Origin: Burkholderiales bacterium
GTDB taxonomy: Bacteria; Pseudomonadota; Gammaproteobacteria; Burkholderiales; SG8-39
Assembly (NCBI GenBank): GCA_049651845.1
Contig: JBASCW010000037.1
Location: forward strand, 501-64,500
Direction of reading: 5' to 3'
Length of the DNA: 64,000 nucleotides
Positions 52,939-62,012 of this stretch are shown in pieces. Within the stretch, counting starts at the first letter, position 1. Every line of letters starts with the position of its first letter. The notes under the pieces are model-generated. The model ran no database searches and was not told the DNA's origin. It saw only the letters and a list, made by a program, of their open reading frames with translations. The translations under genes were made by a program, and so were the position numbers.

Positions 52939-53487
52939 CTAGGCTTTGCCGTCCTTCGGGACGAACTTGAGCGCCGCGCCGTTGTTGCACCAGCGCTGGC
53001 CGGTGGGCTGCGGGCCGTCCTCGAAGACGTGGCCGTGGTGGCCGCCGCAGCGCGCGCAGTGGTATTCGGTGCGCGGGTAGAGGATCTTGAAGTCGGTCTT
53101 GGTCTGGAACGCGCCCGGAATGGTCGTGAAGAACGACGGCCAGCCGGTGCCGCTCTCGTACTTCATCTCGGAGGTGAACGCCGGCAGCCCGCAGCCCGCG
53201 CAGACGAACACGCCCGCGCGCTTCTCGTTGTTGAGCGGGCTCGTCCCGGGGCGCTCGGTGTCCTCCTCGCGCAGCACCGCGTAGGCGAGGCCCTGCAGGC
53301 GCTTCTTCCATTCCTCCTTGGACAGCTTGAGCGGTTCCGAGGCGCTCGGCACCTGGACGCCGGGCGCGAGAAAGCTCTTCCAGTCGTCTTGCATCTTCTT
53401 GATCCCTTCCATGGTCTTCGGCTGGGCGTGGACGTGCGCGAAGAACGGGCTCAATGCGATCCAGCCGAGCAGCGTACGACGCTTCAT
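52939..53487 (-). CDS. msrB: Methionine-R-sulfoxide reductase MsrB with signal peptide and N-terminal extension
   Basis: MKRRTLLGWIALSPFFAHVHAQP signal followed by a ~45-aa linker. The SelR domain has two CxxC zinc motifs (CAGCG, CARCG), GTGWPSF and RWCNNG. Confidence 0.85.
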   Translation of the reverse strand: MKRRTLLGWIALSPFFAHVHAQPKTMEGIKKMQDDWKSFLAPGVQVPSASEPLKLSKEEWKKRLQGLAYAVLREEDTERPGTSPLNNEKRAGVFVCAGCGLPAFTSEMKYESGTGWPSFFTTIPGAFQTKTDFKILYPRTEYHCARCGGHHGHVFEDGPQPTGQRWCNNGAALKFVPKDGKA

Positions 53488-53546
53488 GCCTTCCTCCGTG
53501 CGGTCATTATGCCGGTAAGTCGGAGGAGGGCACGAGTGCTTACAGG

Positions 53547-53856
53547 CTAGAAGCGCACGCCGAAGCTGACGCCGGCGCGCGGGCCGACCGGGACGTGCCC
53601 GTAGAGCACGGGCGCCGGCGGCGCGTAGTAGGCCGGCGGGAACGGCGCGTACACGGTCCGCGGGGGCGGCACGACCACCACCGGCCGCGCCGGGTAGTAG
53701 ACATAGGCCGCGCCACGGTATTGATGGTGCTGATGGTGGTGCTTGGCGCGCCAGCCGTGCGCCGGCGCCCTAGTGGGGCGGCGTGGCGAACGCGGGGGCG
53801 GCGGCGAGCAGCGTGCCGCCGGCGGCGAGGGCGACTGCGATCTTCTTGGCGTTCAT
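53547..53856 (-). pseudogene. Frameshifted small secreted His/Pro/Tyr-rich protein
   Basis: RBS AAGGAG plus ATG at 53856 gives MNAKKIAVALAAGGTLLAAAPAFATPPH and then TAG (53770-53772). The shifted frame continues APAHGWRAKHHHQHHQYRGAAYVYYPARPVVVVPPPRTVYAPFPPAYYAPPAPVLYGHVPVGPRAGVSFGVRF to the stop at 53547. Confidence 0.45.
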
Positions 53857-53975
53857 GGACGTCTCCTTTCGCTTGCCTGTGGACGTGCCTATTGGACGCC
53901 CGCCGCGCCCGCCTGTCAGTTAACCAAGTGCAAACTCTGTAACCACTTGTAAACTGTCGCCAAAAGGAGTCACCG

Positions 53976-54950
53976 ATGCTGAGAATTCTTGCTGCTTTTG
54001 CCCTTGCCCTGGCCGTCCCCGCGTTGCACGCGCAGGTCGCCTATCCGACCAAGCCGATCGGCATGATTGCGCCGTTCCCGCCCGGCGGCGTCGCCGACAT
54101 CGTCGGCCGGCCGCTCGCCGCGTCGATGGAGAAGACGCTCAAGCAGCCGGTGCTGGTGGTCAACCGCTCGGGCGCGGGCGGCGCGGTGGGCACCACCGCG
54201 GCGGCGAAGTCCGCGCCCGACGGCTACACGATCCTGATGTCGCTCTCGTCGATCTCGATTTTCCCGGTGTCGGACCCGATGAACGGCAAGCCGGTGCCGT
54301 ATCAGCTCTCGGACTTCGCGCCGATCGCGCTGGTCACGGCCGACCCGACCATCCTCGTGGTCTCCGCCGACGGGCCCTACAAGACGATCCAGGAGTTCAT
54401 CGCATCGGCCCGGGCCCACCCGGGCCAGATGAACTATTCGTCCTCCGGCACCTACGGCACGCTGCACGTGGCGATGGAGATGTTCGCCGGTGCCGCGGGC
54501 ATCAAGATGTTCCACGTTCCCTACCAGGGCGGCGGTCCGGCGGTGACCGCGCTGCTTGGCGGCCAGGTGCACGCGCTCGCCTCGGGGCCGGCGGCCGTGA
54601 TCGGTCAGATCAAGGGCGGCAAGATGCGCGCGCTCGCCGGCTGGGGCGGCAAGCGCCTGCCCTCGATGCCCGAGCTGCCGACATTCAAGGAGCTCGGCTA
54701 CAAAGACGTCGAGTTCTACATCTGGTCGGGCGTGTTCGTACCCGCCGCCACGCCCGCGCCCGTGCAGGCGACGCTGCGCGATGCCGTGCGCGCCGCGGTG
54801 GCCGATCCGCAGTTCGTGAGCGCGATGACCAAGGCCGAGACGCCGATCCAGTACCTCGACGCGCCGCAGTTCCGCGACTTCCTCGCCAAGGACGCCGCGC
54901 GCCTGAAGGTCGCCGTAGAGAAGATCGGCCGCGTGGACGACAAGAAATAG
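53976..54950 (+). CDS. Bug/TctC-family substrate-binding protein
   Basis: Signal peptide, YPTKPIGMIAPFPPGGVAD and DGYTILM. Confidence 0.85.
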   Translation: MLRILAAFALALAVPALHAQVAYPTKPIGMIAPFPPGGVADIVGRPLAASMEKTLKQPVLVVNRSGAGGAVGTTAAAKSAPDGYTILMSLSSISIFPVSDPMNGKPVPYQLSDFAPIALVTADPTILVVSADGPYKTIQEFIASARAHPGQMNYSSSGTYGTLHVAMEMFAGAAGIKMFHVPYQGGGPAVTALLGGQVHALASGPAAVIGQIKGGKMRALAGWGGKRLPSMPELPTFKELGYKDVEFYIWSGVFVPAATPAPVQATLRDAVRAAVADPQFVSAMTKAETPIQYLDAPQFRDFLAKDAARLKVAVEKIGRVDDKK

Positions 54951-54951
54951 A

Positions 54952-54972
54952 AAAGGGGGTCAGACCCCCTTT
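54952..54972. repeat. Short perfect palindrome sharing its arm with the 45325 hairpin
   Basis: AAAGGGGGTC-A-GACCCCCTTT lies between convergent genes and overlaps the last codons of the - gene. Its first 13 nt (AAAGGGGGTCAGA) are identical to the start of the 45325-45377 element. Confidence 0.5.
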
Positions 54973-55634
54973 CTTCTTCCGCTTCGCTTTTTCGTCCTGG
55001 GCCGGCGGTACTGCAGGAGATTTCCGACTTCTCGCTCGAACGGGTCGCGGCGCATGAGCGAGCGCAGCTGCCGGCCGCTCATCAGGTCGTAGTGGCGTGT
55101 GGCTTCGAGGTGGTCCACCAGGTCCCAGGCGCCGTCGTCGGCCGTGACCCAGTCGGCCGGGTCGAGGCGGCGCAGGTCGTAGGGCACCGAGTAGGTGCGC
55201 AGCGTCTTGTGGTCGCGCTTGTTGTAGTACTCGTGCAGGTAGGACATCGCGAGCTCGCGCAGCGACTTGTAGACCGGGTCGCGCCAGCGCAAGCCGATGC
55301 CGTTGGTCTTGGAGATCGCGCCCCAGCGGCCGTTGCGCCGGAACACCGCCACCACGTGGTCGAAATCGCGCACCGCCTGCAGGTCCATGAGCAGCGGCGG
55401 CTCGCCGTGGATCCAGAGCGCGCAGGCGGCGAGCATCGCGCCCTCGATGCAGTGCGCGCGGCGCAGCCTGAGCACCGCGCGCACCGAGTTGCAGGTCTCG
55501 CCCTGCGTCTCGAAGTTCTGCCGCAGGCCGTAGAGAAAGGCCTGGATCTTCTCCGGCGAGCGCAGGCGCCGCAGCGTCGCGAATTCCGCGCGGCTGAGCC
55601 CGAGCACTTCGCGGGAAGCTCTTCTTTTTCGCAT
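54960..55634 (-). CDS. Hypothetical protein, possibly transglutaminase-like cysteine-peptidase fold
   Basis: 224 aa with candidate Cys/His pair in RRAHCIEGAMLAACAL and DFDHVVAVF. The tail is basic. The functional call is weak. Confidence 0.35.
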   Translation of the reverse strand: MRKRRASREVLGLSRAEFATLRRLRSPEKIQAFLYGLRQNFETQGETCNSVRAVLRLRRAHCIEGAMLAACALWIHGEPPLLMDLQAVRDFDHVVAVFRRNGRWGAISKTNGIGLRWRDPVYKSLRELAMSYLHEYYNKRDHKTLRTYSVPYDLRRLDPADWVTADDGAWDLVDHLEATRHYDLMSGRQLRSLMRRDPFEREVGNLLQYRRPRTKKRSGRRKGV

Positions 55635-55689
55635 CGGCTTTGCGATTAGTGTAGCTAAAGTGGCAGCAGGCGTGGGATTTCGACCTCGT

Positions 55690-56106
55690 CAAGTACATGC
55701 CTTCGGGCACCTTCAGCGTCGAGGACTGGGGCGCGCGTTCTGTCTACGAGGGCGCGGCCAACGGCGCGCGCGCGTGCGGCCGGATCCGAAGGGCATGGTC
55801 TGGGTCGCGGAGTGGGATTCAGGCAACCTGAGCCGCTACGATCCGAAGAGCGGCGCGTGGAAGACCTGGAAGGCGTCCGGCGAGCGGCCGCGCGTCTACG
55901 CGGTGTACGTGGACGAAACCGACCGGCCCTGGATCGCGGAGTGGGACAAGCAGCTCATGATGCGCTTTGGCCCGGCCACGGAAAAGTGGGAGTCCTTCGC
56001 GTCTTCGAGCGGTACCGCCAACGTGCGCCAGATCCACGGCCGCAAGGGCGAGGTCTGGACGCCGGAGTCCGCTGCAGGAAAGCCTGTCGTCTACCGCTAC
56101 CGCTGA
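55690..56106 (+). pseudogene. 5'-truncated, frameshifted fragment of a Vgb-like beta-propeller gene
   Basis: The C-terminal repeats GMVWVAEWDSGNLSRYDPKSGAWKTW, RVYAVYVDETDRPWIAEW and GEVWTPES resemble streptogramin-lyase-type blades. Upstream homology (FSVEDWGARSVYEGAANGA) is in another frame across a GCGCGCGCG run, and the gene has no N-terminus. Confidence 0.35.
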
Positions 56107-56112
56107 GCTGGC

Positions 56113-56901
56113 TCAGCTGAAGCGGTAGGCGTCCATCGCCAGCGCGCCCATCTCGATGCCGTCGTAGAGGCGCTCGGCCTTGTAGTCGTCCCCCGCTGCG
56201 CCCAGCGCGAAAAAGAGCGGCAGGAAATGCTCGTCGGTCGGGTGTGCGCGCACGCCGTCGCGCGACAGCCGGCGATAGTCCGCGAGCTCGTCGAGCGCGT
56301 GCGCGTCGATGCGCTCTTTCACCCAGGCCTGGAATTCGCGCGCGTACGCGGCGGGGCCGCCTGTATTTTCCTCACCTGTGCGGTCGCGCAGGTTGTGCGT
56401 CAGGTGCCCGGAGCCGACGATGAGCACGCGCTCCCGCGCGAGCGGCGCGAGCGCGCGCCCGACCTCGATGTGGTGCTGCGTGCCGAGCGCGGTCTGCACC
56501 GCGACCTGCACGACCGGCACATCGGCCTTCGGGTACATGTGGAGCAGGGGCGACCAGGCGCCGTGGTCGAGGCCGCGAACAGGGTCTGTCTTTGCCTTCA
56601 ATCCTGATTCATTCAAGAGATCGACGCAACGAGAAGCCAGATCCGGATCTCCGTTGGCGCGGTATTGGATCCCGTACAGCGGCTTGGGAAAGCCGTAGAA
56701 GTCGTGGATCGTCTCCGGCTTCGCCGCGCCGGTGACGGCCGGAACGTCCGTTTCCCAGTGCGCCGAGGCGATGAGGATCGCCTTCGGCCGCGGCAGCTCG
56801 CGCGCGATGCGCTCCCAGACCCCGCGCACCGCGCCCGGCTGCAGCGCGTGCATCGGCGAGCCGTGCGAGAGGAACAGGATGGGCAGCGCGGCCGCTTGCA
56901 T
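56113..56901 (-). CDS. 4,5-DOPA-dioxygenase-extradiol-like (YgiD family) class III extradiol dioxygenase
   Basis: LFLSHGSPM, SAHWET, IHDFYGFP, GLDHGAWSPL, SGHLTHN and HPTDEHFLPL. Confidence 0.8.
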   Translation of the reverse strand: MQAAALPILFLSHGSPMHALQPGAVRGVWERIARELPRPKAILIASAHWETDVPAVTGAAKPETIHDFYGFPKPLYGIQYRANGDPDLASRCVDLLNESGLKAKTDPVRGLDHGAWSPLLHMYPKADVPVVQVAVQTALGTQHHIEVGRALAPLARERVLIVGSGHLTHNLRDRTGEENTGGPAAYAREFQAWVKERIDAHALDELADYRRLSRDGVRAHPTDEHFLPLFFALGAAGDDYKAERLYDGIEMGALAMDAYRFS

Positions 56902-56912
56902 CGCGCCGCTTT

Positions 56913-57893
56913 TCAGTCGACCTTCGCGCCCGAAGCCTTGACGATCGGACCCCAGCGCCTGATTTCGTCCTGGATCATCGCCGCCATCTGCTCGGGCGTG
57001 CCGCCGACGATTTCGTAGCCGAGGTCGGTCATGCGCTTGATGAAATCCGGCGCCTTGGCGGCCTTCTGCCCGTCGGCGTTCATGCGCACGATGATTTCCC
57101 TTGGGGTGCCCGCCGGCATGGCGAGGCCGAACCAGGCCGTGGATTCGTAGCCGGGCACGCCCGACTCGATCATGGTCGGCAGTTCCGGCAGCGCGACCGC
57201 GCGCTTCGGGCCGGTGGTGGCGAGCGCCCGCAGCTTGCCCGAGCGGATGTGCGATATCGCCGACGGGATGTTGTCGAACATCAGGTTGACCTGCCCGCCC
57301 ATCAGGTCGGTGACCGCCGGCCCGCTTCCCTTGTAGGGGATGTGCGTGATGTCCAGCCCGAGCATGCTCTTGTACATCTCGCACGACATGTGGATCGTGG
57401 AGCCGCTGCCGCTCGAGGCGCAGGTCAGCTTGCCCGGCTGCGCCTTGGCGAGCGCGGTGAGTTCCTTCACCGAGTTGGCCGCCACGCCAGGATTCACCAC
57501 CAGCACGTTGGCGAACGAGGCGAACACGATCACCGGGACCAGGTCCTTGTTCGGGTCGTAGTTGAGTTTGCTGTAGAGGAACGGCGTGATGCCGTGCAGG
57601 CTGCTGGCCGACATCACCATGGTGTAGCCGTCGGGGGCCGAGCGTGCAGCCATCTCGGAGCCGAGATTGCCGCCGGCGCCCGCGCGGTTGTCCACGTTCA
57701 CCGGCTGTCCGAGCGTCTTGCTCAGCTCGACGGCGGCCGCGCGCGCAATGATGTCGGTCGCGCCGCCCGGTGCGTAGGGCACGATGAGGCGCACCGGCTT
57801 GGACGGATAGGCCTGCGCCTCGGCCAGGCTGCTGCCGAGCGCCAGGGTCGCGGCGAGGAGGGGGCGAAGCAGGCGATGCAGGGTGGTTTCCAT
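56913..57893 (-). CDS. Bug/TctC-family substrate-binding protein
   Basis: Signal peptide, YPSKPVRLIVPYAPGGATD and DGYTMVM. Confidence 0.85.
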   Translation of the reverse strand: METTLHRLLRPLLAATLALGSSLAEAQAYPSKPVRLIVPYAPGGATDIIARAAAVELSKTLGQPVNVDNRAGAGGNLGSEMAARSAPDGYTMVMSASSLHGITPFLYSKLNYDPNKDLVPVIVFASFANVLVVNPGVAANSVKELTALAKAQPGKLTCASSGSGSTIHMSCEMYKSMLGLDITHIPYKGSGPAVTDLMGGQVNLMFDNIPSAISHIRSGKLRALATTGPKRAVALPELPTMIESGVPGYESTAWFGLAMPAGTPREIIVRMNADGQKAAKAPDFIKRMTDLGYEIVGGTPEQMAAMIQDEIRRWGPIVKASGAKVD

Positions 57894-57895
57894 GG

Positions 57896-58171
57896 CTACT
57901 TCACCAGGCCTTCCGCCTTGAGCGTTTCCTGCACCTTCGGACGCGCCGCCACGCGCTTGTGGTAGTCCACGATCACCGGCGCCTCGGTGAGCACGCCGGC
58001 CGGCGTTTCGACGGCGGGCACGTAGCCCTTGCTGTTCACCTGCTTGTAGTCGCCGCCTTCATACTGCTTGGCCTTCAGGTCCACCTTCTGCAGTTCGACC
58101 GGGATGCCGAGCTCGCGCATGGCGATGTGGGGCGCGAGCGAGCAGGCGCCGGGGGAGTAGTAGAGCTTCAT
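57896..58171 (-). pseudogene. Glutathione S-transferase with internal in-frame deletion
   Basis: MKLYYSPGACSLAPHIAMRELGIPVELQKVDL...GYVPAVETPAGVLTEAPVIV is a normal beta-class GST N-domain. It joins directly to the extreme C-terminus (DYHKRVAARPKVQETLKAEGL). About 100 aa of the helical domain are absent. Confidence 0.6.
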
Positions 58172-58250
58172 CGGGGTTTTCCTCTCAGTGAGGGCGGACA
58201 TGGGGGGCGAAGCTTAACGCCAGATGGCGGCAAATGAAATTATCCGACCG

Positions 58251-59729
58251 CTAGGATTCGGCCGATTTCGCCGCCGAAGCCCCCGCGATCCTGCCGAACA
58301 CCGCGCCGTTGGTCAGGCCGGTGCCGCCGGGGTAGTTGAACCAGAAAATGCCGCCCACCAGTTCGCCCGCGGCGTAAAGGCCCGGGATCGGTGCGCCGTC
58401 GGACGACATCACCTGCGCGTCGGAGTTGATCTTCAGGCCGCCGAAGCTGAAGGTGATGCCGCAGGTGACCGCGTAGGCCTCGAAGGGCGGCGTATCGAGC
58501 GTATTGGCCCAATTGCTCTTGTTGATGGGAAGATTTTTTGTCGACCTTCCATCCTTCACGTTGGGATTGAAAGCAATGTCGGTCTGGACGGCCGCGTTGT
58601 AGCGCTTGATCTCCTCCAGCGCGGCGGCCTGGTTCGTATCCTCCAGCTTGGCGACGAGTTCTTCGAGCGTGTTGCCTACACGCTTGGTGACCTGCTTGAT
58701 CTTGTATTCGTCGCGCAACTGCGCCTTCACCTTGGCGTCGAAGATCTGCCAGGCGAACTGCCCGGGCTGCGAGAGGATCACGCGCCCGTACTTGGCGTAG
58801 GTGTAGTTGCGGAAGTCCGCGCCTTCGTCGACGAAGCGCCTGCCCTCGGCATTGATGTAGATGCCCCAGGGATAGGAGTGCTTCTGGAACTGGTCGCCGA
58901 CGGCGAGGTCGCCGAACTCGGGCGCGTTGCGTTCCCAGGCGACCGCGTGGCAGCCCGACCAGTTGCCCGTCGGCGCCGCGCCCGCCGCGAGCGCCATGCG
59001 GATGCCGTCGCCGGTGTTGAAGCGCGTGCCGCGCACCTTGGCGAGCTCCCAGCCGGGCCCCAGGTAGCGCGTGCGCCACTCCGGATCCGACTGGAAACCG
59101 CCCGCGGCAAGCACCACCGATCTTGACCTGAGGTCCTGCGTCTTGCCTTTGACTTTCACTCTCACGCCTTTGATGCCTTCGTCGTCAAAGAGCAATTCAT
59201 GCGCACGAGCCTCGAACCAGATGTCGACACCGTTCTTCCTGGCGATCGCCGTGAGCGAATCCACGAGGCCCGGCCCGCCGCCCACGGCCTCCACCGTCAG
59301 GCCGCCCCAGAACTTGAACCTGCCGCCGATGTTGAACGCCTGCCGGCCCCAGGCCGCGGTGAAGCGCACGCCCTTCTTGCGCATCCATTCCACGGTCGAC
59401 AGCGATTCCTTGACCAGGATCTCCGTGAGATCCGGATCGCAGCGGTACTCCGTGACCCGCGCCATGTCGTCGAGGAACTGGTCCTCGGTGTAGGCGCCGA
59501 AATCGGTGCGCGCGATTTCCTCGGGCGACAGGTCCGGGATCGCGCGCTTCAGGTCCTCCACCCCCGCATACGCCACGCGCATCAGGCCGGCCGTGAAGCG
59601 CGAGTTGCCGCCGGAGACGTCCTCGGGCGCCCGTTCCAGGACCAGGATCCTCTTGCCGAATTCGGCAGCGGACAAGGCGGCGCAGAGAGCGGCATTCCCG
59701 GCACCCACGACGATCACGTCGTAGTCCAT
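58251..59729 (-). CDS. FAD-dependent dehydrogenase, tricarballylate dehydrogenase (TcuA)-like
   Basis: DVIVVGAGNAALCAAL dinucleotide fold, GGNSRFTAG and AAGELVGG. The length and co-linearity fit TcuA/fumarate-reductase flavoprotein relatives. Confidence 0.7.
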   Translation of the reverse strand: MDYDVIVVGAGNAALCAALSAAEFGKRILVLERAPEDVSGGNSRFTAGLMRVAYAGVEDLKRAIPDLSPEEIARTDFGAYTEDQFLDDMARVTEYRCDPDLTEILVKESLSTVEWMRKKGVRFTAAWGRQAFNIGGRFKFWGGLTVEAVGGGPGLVDSLTAIARKNGVDIWFEARAHELLFDDEGIKGVRVKVKGKTQDLRSRSVVLAAGGFQSDPEWRTRYLGPGWELAKVRGTRFNTGDGIRMALAAGAAPTGNWSGCHAVAWERNAPEFGDLAVGDQFQKHSYPWGIYINAEGRRFVDEGADFRNYTYAKYGRVILSQPGQFAWQIFDAKVKAQLRDEYKIKQVTKRVGNTLEELVAKLEDTNQAAALEEIKRYNAAVQTDIAFNPNVKDGRSTKNLPINKSNWANTLDTPPFEAYAVTCGITFSFGGLKINSDAQVMSSDGAPIPGLYAAGELVGGIFWFNYPGGTGLTNGAVFGRIAGASAAKSAES

Positions 59730-60685
59730 CAGTCGGCCTTGATCTTCGCGGCGCGCACCACCTCGCTCCATCGTTCCTGCTCCTTCTTGATGAATGCGGC
59801 GTATTCGGCGGGCGTCGAGCCGATGCCCTCGGCATCGTCGGCGGCGAAGCGCTCCTGCACCGACGGTTGCCGCGCCGCCTTGGCCGCCTCCTCGGCAAGG
59901 CGGCGGATGACCGCCTCGGGCGTCTTCGCCGGCTCGTTCAGGCCGTACCACTGCGTGGTCTCGAACCCCGGATAGCCCTGCCCGGCAACCGTCGCGACCT
60001 CGGGCAGGGAGTGCAGGCGCTTCGTGCCGCCGACGGCGATGACGCGCAGCTTGCCGCTCTTCACGTGCGGCATCAGCGGCGGCGTGCCCGCGGCGGCGGC
60101 CTGCGTGCGCCCGGCAATGAGGTCCGTGATGTTGGGGCCGGTGCCCTTGTAGGGCACGTGCTGCACGTCGATGCCGGCGGTCTGCTTGAGGTACTCCATC
60201 GCGAGATGGCCAGCCGAGCCGTTGCCGGCGCTGCCGTAGTACATCTTGCCGGGCTCCTTCTTCGCCAGCGCGACGAACTCGCGCATGTTCCTCGCCGGCA
60301 CGCTTTCGTGCACCGCGAAGATCGAGGGCACGATGGCGAGCAGCGAGACCGCCGCGAAGTCCTTATCGGTGTCGAACGGCCGCTTGGAGTACATGTACGG
60401 ATTCACTGCCAGCGAGCCGATGTGGCCGATGATCAGCGTGTAGCCGTCGGGCTCCGCCTTCGCCACCTCGAGCATCGCCACGTTGCCGCCGCCGTGCTTG
60501 TTGTCGATGACGATCGGCTGGCCGAGACCTTTCTCCATCTCCACGGCCACCGCGCGCGCGACGACCGAGGAGCTGCCGCCCGGCGCGAACGGCACCACCA
60601 GCCGGATCGGCTTGGCCGGCCAGGTCTGCGCCTGCGCCGTGCCCAGGACGGCAAGCGCAAGCAGACAATGCAGGATTCGCTTCAA
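59729..60685 (-). CDS. Bug/TctC-family substrate-binding protein
   Basis: TTG start overlapping the upstream stop. WPAKPIRLVVPFAPGGSSS and DGYTLII. Confidence 0.85.
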   Translation of the reverse strand: MKRILHCLLALAVLGTAQAQTWPAKPIRLVVPFAPGGSSSVVARAVAVEMEKGLGQPIVIDNKHGGGNVAMLEVAKAEPDGYTLIIGHIGSLAVNPYMYSKRPFDTDKDFAAVSLLAIVPSIFAVHESVPARNMREFVALAKKEPGKMYYGSAGNGSAGHLAMEYLKQTAGIDVQHVPYKGTGPNITDLIAGRTQAAAAGTPPLMPHVKSGKLRVIAVGGTKRLHSLPEVATVAGQGYPGFETTQWYGLNEPAKTPEAVIRRLAEEAAKAARQPSVQERFAADDAEGIGSTPAEYAAFIKKEQERWSEVVRAAKIKAD

Positions 60686-61425
60686 AACTGGTACTTCCTC
60701 AGTCCCCCGTCCACGGGAATCACCGCGCCGGTGATGTAGCGCGCGCGCGGCGAGGCGAGGAAGCAGACGAGGTTGGCGATGTCCTCGGGCTGGCCGTACT
60801 CGCCGACCGGGATCTCGTGCTCCGACTGCCACTGCCGGTACTCGGGCGTGTAGTTGCGCAGGATCTGCTCGCTGATGATGCGCCCGGGCGGGATGCAGTT
60901 CACGGTGATGCCGTGCCTGCCGACCTCGCGCGACAGCCCCTTCGCCCAGGAATGCATCGCGGCTTTCGCGCAGAACGCGCCGTTGATGCCCTCGGGCTCG
61001 CTCTTGCCCGTGAGGTTGATGATGCGGCCCCATTTCTTCGCAATCATCGGGTCGATCAGGCGGTCGGCGATCTGGCGCTGGCGCGTGAAGTTCAGCGTCA
61101 GCGCCTCGTGCCACTGCGCCTCGCCGGCATGCAGCTCGAACTTGCGCGAGCCGCCGGCATTGTTGACGAGGATCTCCACCGAGCCCAGTCCGGCGAGCGC
61201 TTGCGACGCGACCTTTTCGGCGGCGTCCTCGGCCATCAGGTCCTGCTCGACGATCACCAGCTTCGCGCCGATTTCCTTTTCCAGCGATTGCAGCAGGTCG
61301 CGCCGGCGCGCGACCACCGCGAGCCTGACGCCCTCGGCGGCGAGCGCCTTGGCAATGGCGCGCCCGATGCCGGCGCTGGCACCGGTCACAAGGGCAGTCT
61401 TGCCCTGGATGCCAAGGTCCATCAA
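60682..61425 (-). CDS. Short-chain dehydrogenase/reductase (SDR)
   Basis: TGASAGIGRAIA cofactor motif, NNAG and a YxxxK-equivalent region (FCAKAA). Confidence 0.85.
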   Translation of the reverse strand: MMDLGIQGKTALVTGASAGIGRAIAKALAAEGVRLAVVARRRDLLQSLEKEIGAKLVIVEQDLMAEDAAEKVASQALAGLGSVEILVNNAGGSRKFELHAGEAQWHEALTLNFTRQRQIADRLIDPMIAKKWGRIINLTGKSEPEGINGAFCAKAAMHSWAKGLSREVGRHGITVNCIPPGRIISEQILRNYTPEYRQWQSEHEIPVGEYGQPEDIANLVCFLASPRARYITGAVIPVDGGLRKYQF

Positions 61426-61441
61426 TGAACTGGAAAAGCTG

Positions 61442-61984
61442 CTACTTCTGCCCGAGAACCGGCGGCCGCCAGGCGAGCGGCAGCGGCCCGGGCGCGCGCA
61501 GCACGCGGATCATGCGCATCGCGGCCTCGCGCCCGTTGTAGTACTTGGGCATCAGCACGGTCTCGGAGAAGCCGAGCGCGCGGTAGAAGCGCCGCGCGGC
61601 TTCGTTGTCGGCGCGCAACTCCAGGTGCACGCTCGCCATGCCCGCTACGACCGCGGATTCCATCAGCCAGTCCACCAGGCGCCGGCCGATGCCGCGCCGC
61701 CGCAACGCCGGCTGCACCGCGAGCAGCACCAGGTGCGCGCGCTCGTCGCCGAAGTCCATGACCGCGAAGGCCGAGATCGAGGGACGCTCGCGCGCGACGT
61801 AGGTGCGCCGCTCGCTCGCGACCAGCACCGCCGTCTCGCGCCGGCGCATCGCGCGCTGGATGCTGGCCGGATCGTAGCGCCAGCCCAGCCCAGATTCGAT
61901 GAAGTCGCGCGACATCTCGGCGATCGCCTGCGCGTCGGCGGGCTCGGCGAGCCGGATCGTGGCCGCGGTGCTCTCTTTCTTCAC
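61442..61984 (-). CDS. GNAT-family N-acetyltransferase
   Basis: LLAVQPALRRRGIGRRLV acetyl-CoA motif and ARRFYRALGF. Confidence 0.8.
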   Translation of the reverse strand: MKKESTAATIRLAEPADAQAIAEMSRDFIESGLGWRYDPASIQRAMRRRETAVLVASERRTYVARERPSISAFAVMDFGDERAHLVLLAVQPALRRRGIGRRLVDWLMESAVVAGMASVHLELRADNEAARRFYRALGFSETVLMPKYYNGREAAMRMIRVLRAPGPLPLAWRPPVLGQK

Positions 61985-62012
61985 GCGAACGATTGTGCCA
62001 TGATTCGAATCG

